64,000 nucleotides of DNA, taken from contig NC_058382.1 of NCBI RefSeq assembly GCF_018350175.1, positions 58,716,001-58,780,000 of the forward strand. The letters are read 5' to 3'. Shown here piece by piece: positions 48,831 through 62,373 of this stretch. The translations under genes and the position numbers were made by a program. Under the pieces are notes generated by a model. It was not told where the DNA came from. It did no database searches and was given only the letters and a program-made list of their open reading frames with translations. Numbering within the stretch: position 1 is the first letter of the stretch; every line of letters starts with the position of its first letter. This DNA is from Felis catus (taxonomy: Eukaryota).

Positions 48831-51800
48831 CGGTGGGTTGTAAGGGACCTCTGTGTACCTTGTGACAGGCGCTGGGGGCGGGGGGGACGGAGCAAAGAGA
48901 ATTAATTACTGAGTGACTTCTGTGGGTCCTGAGCTCAGCCCGTCCCTCTCTCCATGTGCTCTCCCCGGGAGCCCCAGGGGCCCAGGCGCATCTGGGGTCC
49001 CGCTGGCAGTTACGGTTCGGGGCCAACGGCTTCGCAGAGAAGCCCTGGGCTTGAATCCCAGCTCCGGCACTGGGGACTGGGGACAAGACGTGTCACGGGG
49101 CCAGACCAAGGCGGGGTGAGGGAGGCACCACGATTAAGGGGGCGCTGGAAACTCAGCCATCAAGACAGAAACTATTTCTATATTAAAAAAATTTCATAAT
49201 GAATGCAAAACCCCCACGATAAACAAAACAGCAGAATTTTGCAGGAAGGACAGGACCTGACCCTCCCCTGCCCGAACCACCTTACTCGCCCTGAGCCAGA
49301 CCCGTGTCCCGTCTCTGCTTACAGATGTCAGATTTTACTCTGCATGGATTTATGTTTGCATTCATTTAGACCTTTCTTCTTGACGCCTGGGTTTTTTCAG
49401 CACCTCCTTCAATTCTGGGCCTGAGGCGAGGGTTTCGCTCCCCTCCCCTTGCTCCCTGCCCCCGGGGACAGTCTCATCCTCCGAGCCTGGTGTTCTCAGA
49501 AACCCCAGCACCAGCCACGGCTTCCGGGGGCCTGCGGCCTCAGAGCGACGGTTTGTTTGCTCACCCACACGCGGTGTTGTGCGTTCACATGTGCAAAGAC
49601 CGGGGTCAGGTCCTGAGACGCCGGTGCCCCCCGACCCTGAGCTTGCAGTGTGGCGGTGCAGACAGGACAGGATGTGGGAGGGACCCCAGTGGGGACAGGC
49701 CTGCCTGCAGCACATATGACTGAGCAGACAGGAGTGCGTGCGGGGATCCACCCTGGACCAGCGGGAGCCCCGGAAGCCTTCCCGGAGGAGGCAACACTCT
49801 CCCAGGCCTCGGGGAACTTGACAAAGGGGAGAGACAGCACGTGTCTGAGATAAGCAACAAAAGGATTGGCTTGAAGGAATCTCTGCGAGCAACGCCTCAT
49901 GTCACTGAGGCAGCGGGAGGGCTGTTACAAGGTTCTGAGACGGTTCTGGAAGATGGACACATCCTTCCCTTTGCGGGGAGTTTCTGTTTTCTTTCTGGCT
50001 GATGCACATGCACACGCGTGCACACACACACACACACAAGCCCCCAGCAGCCGCCTCTCCTGCCCAGGATCCAGGGGCCATGGCGGCCTTCCTGCCCCGA
50101 GGTCCCCGCTCAGGGGCACTTGCTGGCCGGTCACGTGCCCTGGGCCCTCCTTTCCCACAGTCTCTGCTCTCTGCTGGTGTCCACTCCCCACCCACAGCGC
50201 AAAGGCACACTGAGCCAGGGCGTCTGCATGTTACTCGGGCCTCATTTGTAGGGGCCGTAAGTCCCGAACTCTCCATAGAATTCTTAAATCCTTCCTGAGC
50301 CCCTCCTGCCTGGGAGCAAGCCCCCAAATCCGATCAAAGAATGCCGCCCAGAAAGTCAAGCTGCTTGAGCGAAAACTAGACGCTCACACCTAATCACCCA
50401 TCCCAAGGGTGAAGGAGCCCCGGTCAGCCACAAAGTGATCGAGGATTGGTACACGTGGACGTGGAGAGATGCCCGTCTACCGTTGGGCTGAAAAAAATCA
50501 GGCTCGAAACTCGCAGTCCAATATGATTCCAATAGCTTTCTCAAAGCGAGTGTTTATATGAAGAGACGCCTGGGGTGGGGAGGGCCGGGGGGCCGCCGAA
50601 CGCTGCCCGCACTTACTTAGGACGGGAAATTGGGAGGGGAAATTTTTTTTTAAAAATCCATCTTTACGTTTTTTGGCAATCGAATGTTCTACACGGGCAT
50701 CTGTTACCTTTGCACCAACAACAGCAAAAGCCCAGCTAAGCTGTTTGCATTTAGCACCGTGGGTGAGTAAGAAGGAGCCAATTTTCTAGGTAAATCCTGA
50801 TTCTCTCTTGTAACATAAGCCTCGTGACGGACTTACCCGTCTCTGTTCGAGTTGCACATTTCCTAACTGACCTGGACTGGAAGCCAGACGACCGGTTTGT
50901 CCCGAGGCTCACGGACCCGATTTCTGACTGTGTTCGTGCCACCCGGTGAGCGACTGGGTGGCCACCGAGGTGCCACGTGGCTCAGAAAGTACTGCTCTGA
51001 ATCTCGGAGCCTCTCTGCACGTGGCGTCTGGTCATATCGAACCCCGTGCAGGCTTAACTTCTTAACGCAAAGGTCCAGCTTGACACCCACTGAAACTAGA
51101 CCTTCCAGAACCTCCACAGTTTAAAGGAAAAAAAAAAATAGGCATTCTCTTTGTGCGTCTGTCTCTGTCTCCTTTCCATCCCTCTTCACCGCATATAATA
51201 TCGGAGATGATTTAGAGGAAGTAAATATTAAAAAGCAGGCCGGGGCAAAGAGGGGAAGTCATCAGAACACGTCCACTGACTCTACGGAATCCCGCACAGC
51301 CGCTGGAGCGCGTCGTAAAGCGGGCTCCGAAACGTATTTGCACAGTGCGTTTACCTCCCCGCCGTGAGACCCCGGAGCGGTGGACGGACGCTAAGGATCT
51401 CCACGCGGCGGGTAGACCCCGGGGGCCCGCAGACCCCCGCCAACACTTGGCCAAACCTCCCAACAGATCCGTCTTTCCCTCGCCCCACACGTGCAGACAC
51501 AGGCACGCATACGCGGCCGCCGCGGGCACACGCACACGTGTGCACACACACGCAAGCCCCGGCCAGACAAGCGCGTGTTTATGTCCGTGGTCAGGAGCAT
51601 GAACAGCACTTTGGCCCCACTCGGCGCGGGTGATTCATGACCCTGGTCCGTCTGGGCCAACCTGGGGTGGGGGCCGGAGGCCCCCGGGGAGGCTGGACGC
51701 TGCCGGAGAAACGATGGAGGGGATGCGGCCCGTGGGGGGATGTCTCAATTTATCCGGAGCCCCGTTTACAGCCTGTCCATTGTGCCCCGTGTCCCTCCCC

Positions 51801-53509
51801 CCCCCCCCCCCCCCCGCCCTGAGCAGGTCCAGCTGGAAGGAGACAGCGCTCGGAGCTCAGTGGGCGCAGACAGGACTAAAGTAAACACAGTGCTCATCGG
51901 CAGGCAGTTAGCAGCCTTTGGACAGATGATCAGCGTTGAGCTGGTGACGGACCACACACACGAGGCCCCCTCGGACCACACAGGCATCTGCCTGCCCGGC
52001 CTCTGCCTACGCCACACGCACACAAGGCTGGCCTCGCCTCACCGCGCCTTTCCCCCGCGCCACAGGAGATTTGGAGAAGCGTCTAGAAACGCCTGGATGT
52101 TGCAGACCCATGGCTGACCCTGGCGTTTCCAGGCCCCCGCCGGAGCCCCCTCAAGTCAGGCCCTGCGACAGAGACCATTGGCCGCGAGAAACCGAGGGGG
52201 CAGGGTCTCGGGGTCCCAGGCCCTCTGGGCCTTGAGGCCTCAGTCTCCCCCATCTGTGAGCTGGGGCGCTCACAGCAGCTGGTGTGCAGGGTGTGTGGAC
52301 CCAGCCTCCCGGGGCCGTGGCTCACGGACCCCTCGGGCCCCTGTGTGACTCTTACTGTCCCCCAGCAAGTGGCCCACATCCCGCTGAGGCCGGTGCCCTG
52401 AACACCGGCCACCCTTTACCAGGCGGCCGCCGTCCTGCCCCCACCCAGCTCCCAGCGGGCAGTGACCTCTGCAGACCAGTCCCTTCAGGTGACCCTCAGA
52501 CCCAGAGGCCACCTGGCACACTTGAGGCTGTGTCCTGAAAGCCACACCCAGTGGGACGCCCCTGGGGAGCGCTCGCTAACAGCTGTCCCCCCCTCCCCCA
52601 GCACGTTCGCAGAGACCCTGCCCCTCCCGTGAGGACTCCCCAGGGTGAGGCCCTGACCCACCCAGGCCGCTCTGCCATCTCCAGAGGGCTCCCGAATCCC
52701 AGGCCACCTCCCTAACGGGGAGCCAGGCGAATAAAGCCCCTGCCCGCTGGCCAAGGCGGGGCTGGCGGTGGTTTAGGCTCCAGACACGCCTTGCAAGGGG
52801 GCCCATGTACTCAGACTCACCAGGCTCATCGTGGAGAGGCGTTGCCCCCAGGGCGATGGGGGGAGTGCAGGCCGAGGCCAGTCTCCATCCCGGTGACACC
52901 TCAGAGCACCGCTCCGGGGTGGGGTGTGTGGCCTCCGGCCGCCCACAGCACCATCTGCAGGCCTTGCCTGGGGCCGGCGGCTGACCGGGGCCATCTGTCT
53001 TCATTACGCGGGTTTATTTGGGGAGGCGAGCGATGGGGGGCTGTCATGGCTGAGAGAAGGCTTGATCTATCGGCAGACACGCTTTGAAGCTCCCTTCAAG
53101 GGTGTAGCTGTGCAGATCGGAGGGGGGCGGACGGCAGCCCTGGGCGCACCCCCATACAGAAGGGTCTGCAGGCCGGGGGCCCCCCGGGAGCAGGCCTCCA
53201 GGGGAGAAGCGGGCGAGAGCCGCGCCTTTGAACTCTGCTCTGCTGCTCCCTTGGCCTCCGCCCACCGCCCAGGCCACTGTTTCTGAGGTCCGATGCGTTT
53301 TTAATGCCAGGAGAGGTCTCGGTGCGGCTCGAGGACGTAACGGTGAACATCAGGGCAGAGGCCTCGTAATCTGGAGGGGGAAGCACACAAGAGGCAGAGA
53401 AGGAAATGAAATTCTCAGAGAGCAGGGCGAACACAGGGGAAAACGGGGCTGGGATGCGGGGAGGCTGGGCAGGCGACTTCCCGGCTGGTGGTCAGCAGCC
53501 CTGGGCCCG

Positions 53510-53700
53510 GGCTCTGTTTGGATTTAGATCTCAGAAACTGCCTCCTGAGAATCCGTTCTCCATTACCACGGGTCATCCTTCAAGGTCCAGCTCCCCGGTG
53601 CACCAGCCCTCAGTGTCCTCATCTGCACAATGGGTATGATAAGGGTACCGAGCTCTGAGGACCGCAGGAGGTCACACACGAAGCCCCAGTGAGACCCGGA
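53510..53700 (+). mobile_element. MIR
   Basis: cctcagtgtcctcatctgcacaatgggtatgataa. Confidence 0.7.
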
Positions 53701-55889
53701 GAGCCGGCCACAGTGCCCGTCCCCGCGGGGCGACCCTCCGTGTTCAGTCCGTGTGGGGCATAAACGCACGCTGGGGAAGATCCGCCACCCTGAGCAGAGA
53801 GGAAAGATGCCGTCCTGTCCCGACTCCTCGGGATGGTGTGAAATTATCAGTGAATAGTCGTCACAAGGGTAAGGGAGGCTTCCCACAGAGGAGGAACCCT
53901 GAGGTCACTAAAATGGGCAGGGCTGTGCTTTACAAAGACACAGAGGGAAGGGACTGTATTAGCGTAACAGAGGGAAGACCTGGCCAGAGGGGAGAGAATT
54001 CACCGGAATATGCTTTCAGGACCCGTGGTCGGGACCCGTGGGAGGGTGACGGCTTTCGTCCCAGTGCCCAAGCTGGCTTGACCTCCCCTTGGGGCTGGGG
54101 TCCAGGCTGCATCCCACGCGAGGGGTGACCAAGGCAAGTCACGCATCTCCCTGCACTCGTCCGGGAGAGGGGTCTAAAACCCCCGTCAGCAGGAGGACGG
54201 CGAAGACGGAATTCTAAAAGTCGAAACAGGTGCCTGATACAAAACGGGTGTATCATCTTCCCATTCCCCTGGGTTCCCCCATCTCCCAAGTTTTCCTTTT
54301 CTTATAAGACCACTAAGAGGTAATGCAGAGTCAATTAAACGCTGGAGAGATAGGCAGTGAGGACGCGGGCATTAAACTGAGGGTCAGGCCTTGTCCCCGG
54401 CGCCCGTGGAAGCAGATGAGGGTTCGGACCCGAAGCCAGAAGCACGCGCTCTGGGCCTGGCGCTCCTTCCCACGTGCAGGCCTTCGTGCACCCGAGGGAG
54501 CTGCGAGCCCGCCCAAAGCAGGGCCTGGGGCGGAGAAGGAGGAAGCACGGCCTCCAGAGAGGAAAGTCCCCGTGTCTTCGGGAGCAAGGGCACAGCGACA
54601 CCTGCCACTCCCTGAGCGCCGACTCTGGGCCCGGAGCCTCGGTTTACAGAGCCCTCAGGTGACCGGGCTCGGGACCCGCCGTGCCCTTCGTTCACCGCTG
54701 CTGAACCTGGGCATCGAGAAACCGCGACCCTTCCCTGGCTGGGTGCCCGAGCTAGAGCTCCAAGCCTGGAAGGTTCGGCGGGGGTGGGGGTGGGGGGTCG
54801 TTCCCACTTCCCAGCAGATGTTCGGTGCCGAGCAGGCCGTGAAACAAACCCCAGGTCCCCCCAGCGCGGGAATCACATGTGCCTGTCAGGGCCCAGCGCA
54901 AGCATAACACAGACCCTCCGCTCCCGACCTGGCATGGGAGGCGTTTTGACTCCCGCTGCGAAACATGAAGGTCGTGACCCACCGGCTTCCCCAGCTGCCC
55001 TTTCCTCACCAGGGGAAAATCTGACAACAGACGTGTTATTTATGAAGCTAATGCAATCCAGAGGCTCTCGGCGCACGGGAGGGAGCGGGAGAGAGCGCGG
55101 GAGAGGGGTCTGGCCCCACAGAAACCAGTTTCACTGGCTGCATTGTGAGCAGGACGCACACAGCAGGGCGGGGACGAGGCTCACCACGACCAGCAGCCCG
55201 GTGGCCGGAGAAGCTCCGGCAACCAACACATCTCCACCCAGGGGCCGCGGGTCCCGGCACGTTTTCCCAGGGCGGCCGGGGAGGCACGCAGGACACATCC
55301 CCTGATCAGTTCTCTCCTCGGAGTCGTGCAAATGGAAGGGAGGAGCCCCCTGGGGCGAGCCTTTCTGTGGGGCAAAGACGGTCAAAGCCTCTAGACTGCC
55401 ACATCATTTTCATGCACGGACTTTGCAACGGGCTCTTCCTGCGAGGAAAGCTGAGTTGGTCGCTGTGTTTTTCTCCAAGGACTTTTTTTCCCCCCTCCCT
55501 ATAAGCGTATCGTCTCCAAAGACTCGAAACGTCACGGAATCGACATCAGACAACGATTGGACGCAGGGATGCTCCTTTGTTTCTCCACATTTCACTGAAT
55601 GGGGATGACGAGCAGGCGTGGAAAGACACAGACGTTGTTCACACGGGCCTGGTGTGACGCGGGGCCCCCCACCCCGCTCACTGGGTCTGTGATCCTGGTT
55701 GGGTCACTTGACATCTCCTTCGCTGGTGAAACGGGAGGGGACTGGGACTTAGCCGCACACAGCGGGCTAATTAGACACGAGGACACAGCTGTCCCGGCAG
55801 AGCCCGACAGGGAGCAGCCTACAGGCCCTCGTGACTCTCAGTGTCACATGTCCGCTGCAGACCTGTGACAAAGGGATCACACACACAGA

Positions 55890-56060
55890 TTTTGGAGCTG
55901 TGTGACCTTGGGCGAGTTACTCAACCTCTCTGCGTGCCTCGGTTGGTTTCCTGGCCTGCAAAATGGGGAGGACCTATGGTGGGGGGAAGGGTGTGAGTTA
56001 ATCGATGCCAAGCACTGACAGCACCCTGGGTCCTGGCTAACTGGCATTTATTGCTGCCAT
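55890..56060 (+). mobile_element. MIR
   Basis: agctgtgtgaccttgggcgagttactcaacctctctgcgtgcctcgg. Confidence 0.85.
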
Positions 56061-59000
56061 TAGAGGGAGAGTTGCCACACCCACACCTTTAAAATCACTT
56101 AAAACTGTTTCTTTACACACACACAAAAACGTGGCAAAAACAACAGCAACAAAAAGGGAAAACCTCTATTCTGATAAACCCTATTTCAAGGCACTTTAGT
56201 CACGCGTCCATGTTTTTGTGTCTTTTGTCACAAAACAGCCCCTCGAGCTGCTCGTCTCGCAAACACGTGGGCTTGCAAACAGGCTGCGTGTGGCCTGGGT
56301 GAGCTGTCCCCTGCGTGGCGAGGATCCCCGGCAGATCTCGACGGTCCCACATGAGGGGGCGCCTGCGTGCACGGGCAGGTGCCGTGTGGACGCGGACGCT
56401 GGGCATCACGGAGTCCACTGCGGGCAGCGTGTGTCCAGCATCCACCCTGCTGTTTCCTGGGGATTTTGGTCTGCGTGGGGCGGGGGCCGATCTCTGCTCG
56501 CAGCCGGGAAGACAGGTCCTCCACCAGCGCCTGGCCGGGCTCTGCTTCCTGTTTACTTCAGAGAGAGAGGCTGGGGCCTGCGGGGTCTGTAACCAGCCCT
56601 GGGTCTGAAACCAGCCAGGCCCCATGAGCGGCTATCACCCCATCGGCCCAGATAGGCCGCAGGGCTCTGCCGTCCGTCAGCTGTCTTCTGTCGTCCTTGA
56701 AAGTTCCCTGTCCTGGAATGTCTTCTCGTGAGGTGGATCCGGCCCCCGTGGCACGGCTCACGGTTTCTGCAGGGCTCAGCTACGCGTTTCACCCTTATTT
56801 GCAAAATTAGGACATACATACTCTTTGGAAACGACTTAAAATTTCACATTGAAAATTTCCGGAAGAAAATCATCAAAGGAGAAAGGAGAGAGGAATAATC
56901 GCCCCACCCCAAACCTCATCACCGAGAAATAACGCTTTGGTCAAATTTCATTCAACGTGTTTGCGCAAATTATACCCATAGAGACCCGTGCGTCCTAGGA
57001 GACAAAAAGGGGACGGACCCGACATGCGGCTGCTGGCCTGCTTTTGCTTCTAGCTCAGCGATAAGTGATTTCACAGCACTATCAACAGCACCGCACCTCG
57101 AATCTCCCTGGGTAAGCTCCCCAGGTGAGCAGAAGGTGCCCACACGCAGAACACAGATGTGTCTCAGCAAGGAGTGACCGAGTTTCCGGCCACCGACAAG
57201 CTGCACGTGGGTCCCATTCCTGCCTCACACGGCGTATCACCTGACCCTCTGCCAATCTATCAGTCTGCCAATGTCATAGGTAGGAAGGAGGAGTTCATGT
57301 TGCTTCTGTCTTAAAAATAAAAAAGTACTTTGCACATAGTTACCAGCCGCTTACGCACCTGTGGACCGGCACATCTATTTAAACCCCGGGTCTTTGGGCT
57401 GCAAATGCGGCTTTCCAAACATGGGTCCAGCCCCACCCCACACCTCCTTGAACCGGCTCGTCTCTTTCTCTCAAGAGATGGTCCTGCCTCTGGTGTTTGG
57501 GCGCTCCTGTAGATGGCGAGGGCGGGGGGCGGCGGGCTCACCACCGCCTGAGGGTCCGAGGGTTCCCAGCCCTGCCCGGGAACCGCGCTGGTCCCTCCCG
57601 TGAACAGCATCTCGAGCGCCAGACGATGCCGGAAGCACGTGGCTAATTCCATCTTTGTTCCAGTCAAGCTCACAGAGACACAGAAGGCTAAGGAACTTGC
57701 TGAGGGTCGCAGAGCAGGACAGCGGCAGAGAGAGTAGCTGAGCTGTTTTCTCCGGCCCGTGGAAACTCACAAAGGACACGTGAAGCTGGTTAGACACCTG
57801 ACTTTCAAAAGAAAATACTTTCTCAAACTACAGACAGATCGATAGTTCCTCAAAATCTTCCTCAAAGACTCTCCTCCAGACGTTTTCTCTAGCTGCCCAA
57901 GGAAAAGAGAGCCACTGGCCCAAACCTGTTGAAGTGAGAGCCTCGGGCGTTGTGACCACAGCCCTGCTGGGTGCTGGGGCTCCCGGGAGGCAGGAGGCCT
58001 GGCCCAGCCTCCAGGATGTCCCTGTTGGCTCAAGATGTCGCCGGTCCACAAGGCAGAAGTGGCTACAGCATAATTTAATCGATATAGACCCAAATGAGGC
58101 CACGGCATTCACCCTTATTTTCTTTCCCTCCGCGAGCTGCTTTTAGACACTGGATTTTCTTCCTGCAGAAACAGACGCCTTTGCGCAAAACAGGGGAACA
58201 CACGACGTTACAATGACCGCATTCGCCTTCTCTCCCGCCCTGCCTCTCCAGCCTCGGCCACCTGCTTCCCAGCCGCCCCCCTCGCCTTCTTGTTACTCTT
58301 CAGAACTTCATTCTCTGTACGTCTAGCCCGCAGATCTCTGAAAACAAGGCTCTGGCATCAGTCAGTCACACTCTGGTATGAACTAGTCCAACACCTTAAA
58401 GGGTTGAGCCCTCCCGAGAGAGAGCATTCCCCCCACCCTTATTTTTTTTTTTAAAGGGGACATGTTCATCCATGAGCTGGGCATCCGGGGTGTGGGCAGT
58501 GGGGCAGGCACATTGAGTCTGAAAGGAGACGTCTCAGCTCCACTGAAATCAATCCTTAACTTTCACCTCACTCCCACCCCCTTGCTTGTTCAAGGACTCC
58601 TCTGTCCTCAGGATGAACCAGCAACAGGGGGCCACATCTAATCTCAGGGAGACTGGGTCGTAGAAATAAAATCTTTCCTTTCGTGGCAAACCAAAGCAAA
58701 CAGAACCTGATGAAACAATGCGAATAAAACACGACAGAGGCACACGCTGCGACCCCTTTCAGTGGAAAAGGCTCTGCCCCGGGTCCAGACCCGTCAGTCA
58801 GGCAGTCCCGCGTGCACAGAGCGCCAGGACGGGGCAGAAGGTGCCCGCGGGGGCCAGGGCCTGCGGGCTGGGGCCACCGAGGCTTGCAAACTAAATTTAA
58901 AGCCTCGCCTCCCAAGACCCTTGTGTAAAGGTTACTCGAGGTCTATTCCGGGTTCAGGCTTAAAAAAAGCATCTTTATTTGGCAAGGAAATGCCTTGTGA

Positions 59001-59914
59001 GAAGGCGCTCGGCGGACGAGGGGCATGGAGGGAAGCTGTGGCTTGGTGAGTTTTTCTTCTGGCATTTACAGCCCTGAAAAATGATTGCAGCTTCCTCTGG
59101 CCGCCGGAGCTGGAGCCTGAAGGAGTGACCTTTAAGGAGAGTCTGTTTACTCCGTCTTCGGGCAGAGGCCCTTGCGTGAGCTCTGCAAAGCGGCGCCCCG
59201 CCTTGGCGCTGACCCCGGGGCCCGCGTCCAGACCCACCAGTTTGGAACAAGCAGGGGACGAGCCGGGGGCTGGTGAGGGGCTGCTCCGGGGTTGGGGTGA
59301 GGGGCGCGTTCCGGGAGGTCAGGGTCAGCCCCTGCCCGCTGGGCGCCCGGGTCTGGCCCCTGGCCTGGAACAGCCTGCGAGGCGGGTGTGTCGTGACCTG
59401 CCATTCCATGCTTCGTACGCTCTGGAAACCCTGTCCCGGGGCCAGCTCCAAGCTCCCTCACTTTTTAGACAAAACAAGAAGTAATTAGCCTGGACGGGGA
59501 TACTCCTTGGTCTTTGTGGACCACACCGCAAATCAGGTTTGAATCTCGATCCCCTGAACTCTCACACCAAAAGGTACACGGAGGGAGAAACGGAAAACCA
59601 GGGAGGCCAGGCAGCGGTCGGAACCCTCGCGGAGCTCCCCGAAACGACGCCGGCCACGGCCTTTGCAGCGGCCAGGGAGACTGGAATCTGACTCCGGCGC
59701 ACGGCTGCTTAAACGTGAAAGAAATAAGCACGTGTAACGGGATCTGCGCGTTTCCAAAAGTTTGAATTAAACTTGAAGCCTTGGATTTACGTTTTCAAAG
59801 ATCGTTTTGAAACCTTCCGACTTACAACACGATCGCTGCTAATTTTCTCTTCATACCCTGATTCAACAGTCTCTGTTCCAGAGAGACGGTGCTTTACTAG
59901 AATCCTCCGGTTTC

Positions 59915-60510
59915 GGTTATAAATATAATATTCTTTGCTTGGAGGAAATCTAGGAGAGTTTTAAAAAGGAAAATTAAATCGACATGCAGTCCCGCTGCTC
60001 GGAAGTGCCCCCGGTCAGCACGGCAGCAAACTGCCTCCTGTCTGGCGCACGTGTGTGCACATGTGTGTGTGCGTGTGTGCACACTTGTGTGCAAGCGTGC
60101 GTACACGCGCACGTACATGTATGTGTGCATGTGCAAACGTTTGCACGCGCACACACGTGTTTCTGCACACACGCACGTGTGCAGGTGCGCGCGTGCACGC
60201 ACACGTGTATATGGGTGTGTACACACTTGTGCGCAAAGCATTGTGCACGTGCGTGCGCGTGTGTATGTGTGCGCGTGCAAACGTTTGCACGCGTGTGCAT
60301 GTGTGTGCACACGTGCGTGTCTCATACGACGCATCCTTACACAAAGCCAGCGTCAGGAGTTTTGTATCACGCTGTCCTCCCTTGTCAGCATCTCATAAGA
60401 ACGTCCCCGCATCATTAAAGGACCCGTGCAAACGTCGTTTTAACGCGTGTCCAATATGGCAACTTATGGATGTGCCATAATTTATTTTACTATTCCTCTA
60501 TGATAAAAAA
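59915..60510 (-). mobile_element. L1ME-type 3' end hosting a TG-rich array
   Basis: ttataaatataatattc...aaaaaggaaaattaaatc before and tatggatgtgccataatttattttactattcctctatgat after the array. Confidence 0.65.
60045..60320. repeat. Complex TG/CG alternating purine/pyrimidine array
   Basis: Read directly; internal duplication with about 144-bp period. Confidence 0.95.
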
Positions 60511-62161
60511 ATGTTTTAAAGTGTGCAAACTTCCTTTCCCAGTGGAAAAAAATAGAATAACTGCCCTGGAATGGTTATTTGTGATTTCCTGAAATTAGGT
60601 CAAAAATATTACACATTTTTTGTTACCCCAAGTACCTACTTCCTGGTGGATTCCAAATACCGACCCGCTAGGCGACCAGAGGAAGGGGAGTGGCCAGACC
60701 CTTTCCTTGTGACACTGGGGTGGGCGTGCCATGGGGTGTGCTGAGCCTCGTCCCTCCCAGGACGCTGTGAGTCATGAGCTAGGCCGAGAACGATAAGGAA
60801 AGGCGTGAGGCCTGTGTCTGGGGGCGGGTGTTCCCAGGCTCCACCCGAAATTTCAGGGGTCCCTGAGCCCTGAGCCCTCGCTGCGCCCCTGGAGAATTCC
60901 CAGGCCCGAGGGTTTAATTAATGAGGATCCCCTCTGACCCAGATCCAAAATTATCTCAGATCCCTTCAATCCATAATTCTGGGAAGATCATAGAATGTTT
61001 TGTTTGTTTGTTTTGGTTTTTGTTGTTTTAGCACTCGCCGTTGACATTTAACAGGGAAAACTTTTTGCAAACATTGAAAAACTCTGAACTTCTCTCTGCA
61101 ACTGAAGACATCGCAAAGGAAGGACTTACAAAATAAAAAGAGTGAAACTGAGACAATCTCAAGAGTTGTGTCAATCTGCAACCAATACATACATATTCAG
61201 CGCTCTGAAGAGTTGCAAAATGAACATTGCCTTAGTCATTGGGGAACTAAAATAGTCACGTGTTTATCCCGCCTGGTCTTGTGTGCGGTAAGGTCTTTGA
61301 CGGAATTAGGACTGACTCAGTCCTTTTCCTCCGTGAAACGTCTGTGCAACGTGCTCTCAGACGCTCCCGGTCTTTGGTTGTCAGTTTTCTCCCTTCTTAG
61401 TGCAACGCCACGCCTCAGCGCCCGGGTTCCGTGGACAACCAGGACGCGCATGTCCTTGGGGGGTTCACCAAAGTCCTAAAAGCTTCAGGACCCTCATCCA
61501 TGAAACGGAACGCTGCCTCTTGGCTGCTGTGACCCGGGGAGGAAACACGGCGGGGAAACCACTCAACACGTCACTTAGGATCAAGCACGTTGTTGGTCTT
61601 CTTGGAAGATCCTGAGGACCAGACACGACAGGGATGCTTGGTGGCTGGGGGCTTCGGGTGGAACGGATGGATGAAGCGTGACCCGTTCTCACTGCTAAGC
61701 GTTTGGGACTAATCTGGGCTATAATTTCATATTGTAAATGGAATCAATTGCGCATAAAAGGGGGAGGATCCAGGTATCTGAGACAGCTCACAAATCCGGG
61801 GGGTGTGGGTGACGTGGAGGGAGCTTTCACGAGCAGGTTCTGTTTGCCAACCTCACCAGCAGGTTTTGACGTCGTGCTTGGTAAAAGGCGCCCTGCGAAG
61901 CAGGCGTGTCATTAACGAATAGTAACGGCGAAGCATGGGCTGGCGTGACCATCGCTCAGCGTGGGGAGAGCGCGCACTTACCCAGAGCACCTCCCGCAGC
62001 CCTCCCGTGCTGGGGCGCCGCCTGCCCAGCTCGGCAGGTGCGGGAACCGGCACGGGACGGACGCAGAGCTTGTCCCAGGCGCCCCGGGCTCAAACCAGGC
62101 GGTCCGGCCCCAGGGTCCACGCACAGTCTCTCTGCGGCCAGCCTACAAGGTCATTCCCTTC

Positions 62162-62373
62162 GCTCTATTCCTTTTAAGTTTATTTATTTGAGAGAGACAG
62201 AGACGGTGCGAGCGGGGAAGAGGCAGAGAGAGAGGGGGAGAGAGAATCCCAAGCAGGCTCCACGCTGCCAGTGCAGGGCCTGACGCGGGGCTTGAACTCA
62301 TGAAGCCGTGAGATCGCGACCCGAGCTGAAACCGAGAGTCGGGGGCTCACCCGACTGAGCCACCCGGGCGCCC
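62162..62373 (-). mobile_element. Can-SINE
   Basis: Body and head ...ccgactgagccacccgggcgccc; perfect 12-bp TSD GTCATTCCCTTC at 62150-62161 and 62374-62385. Confidence 0.96.
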
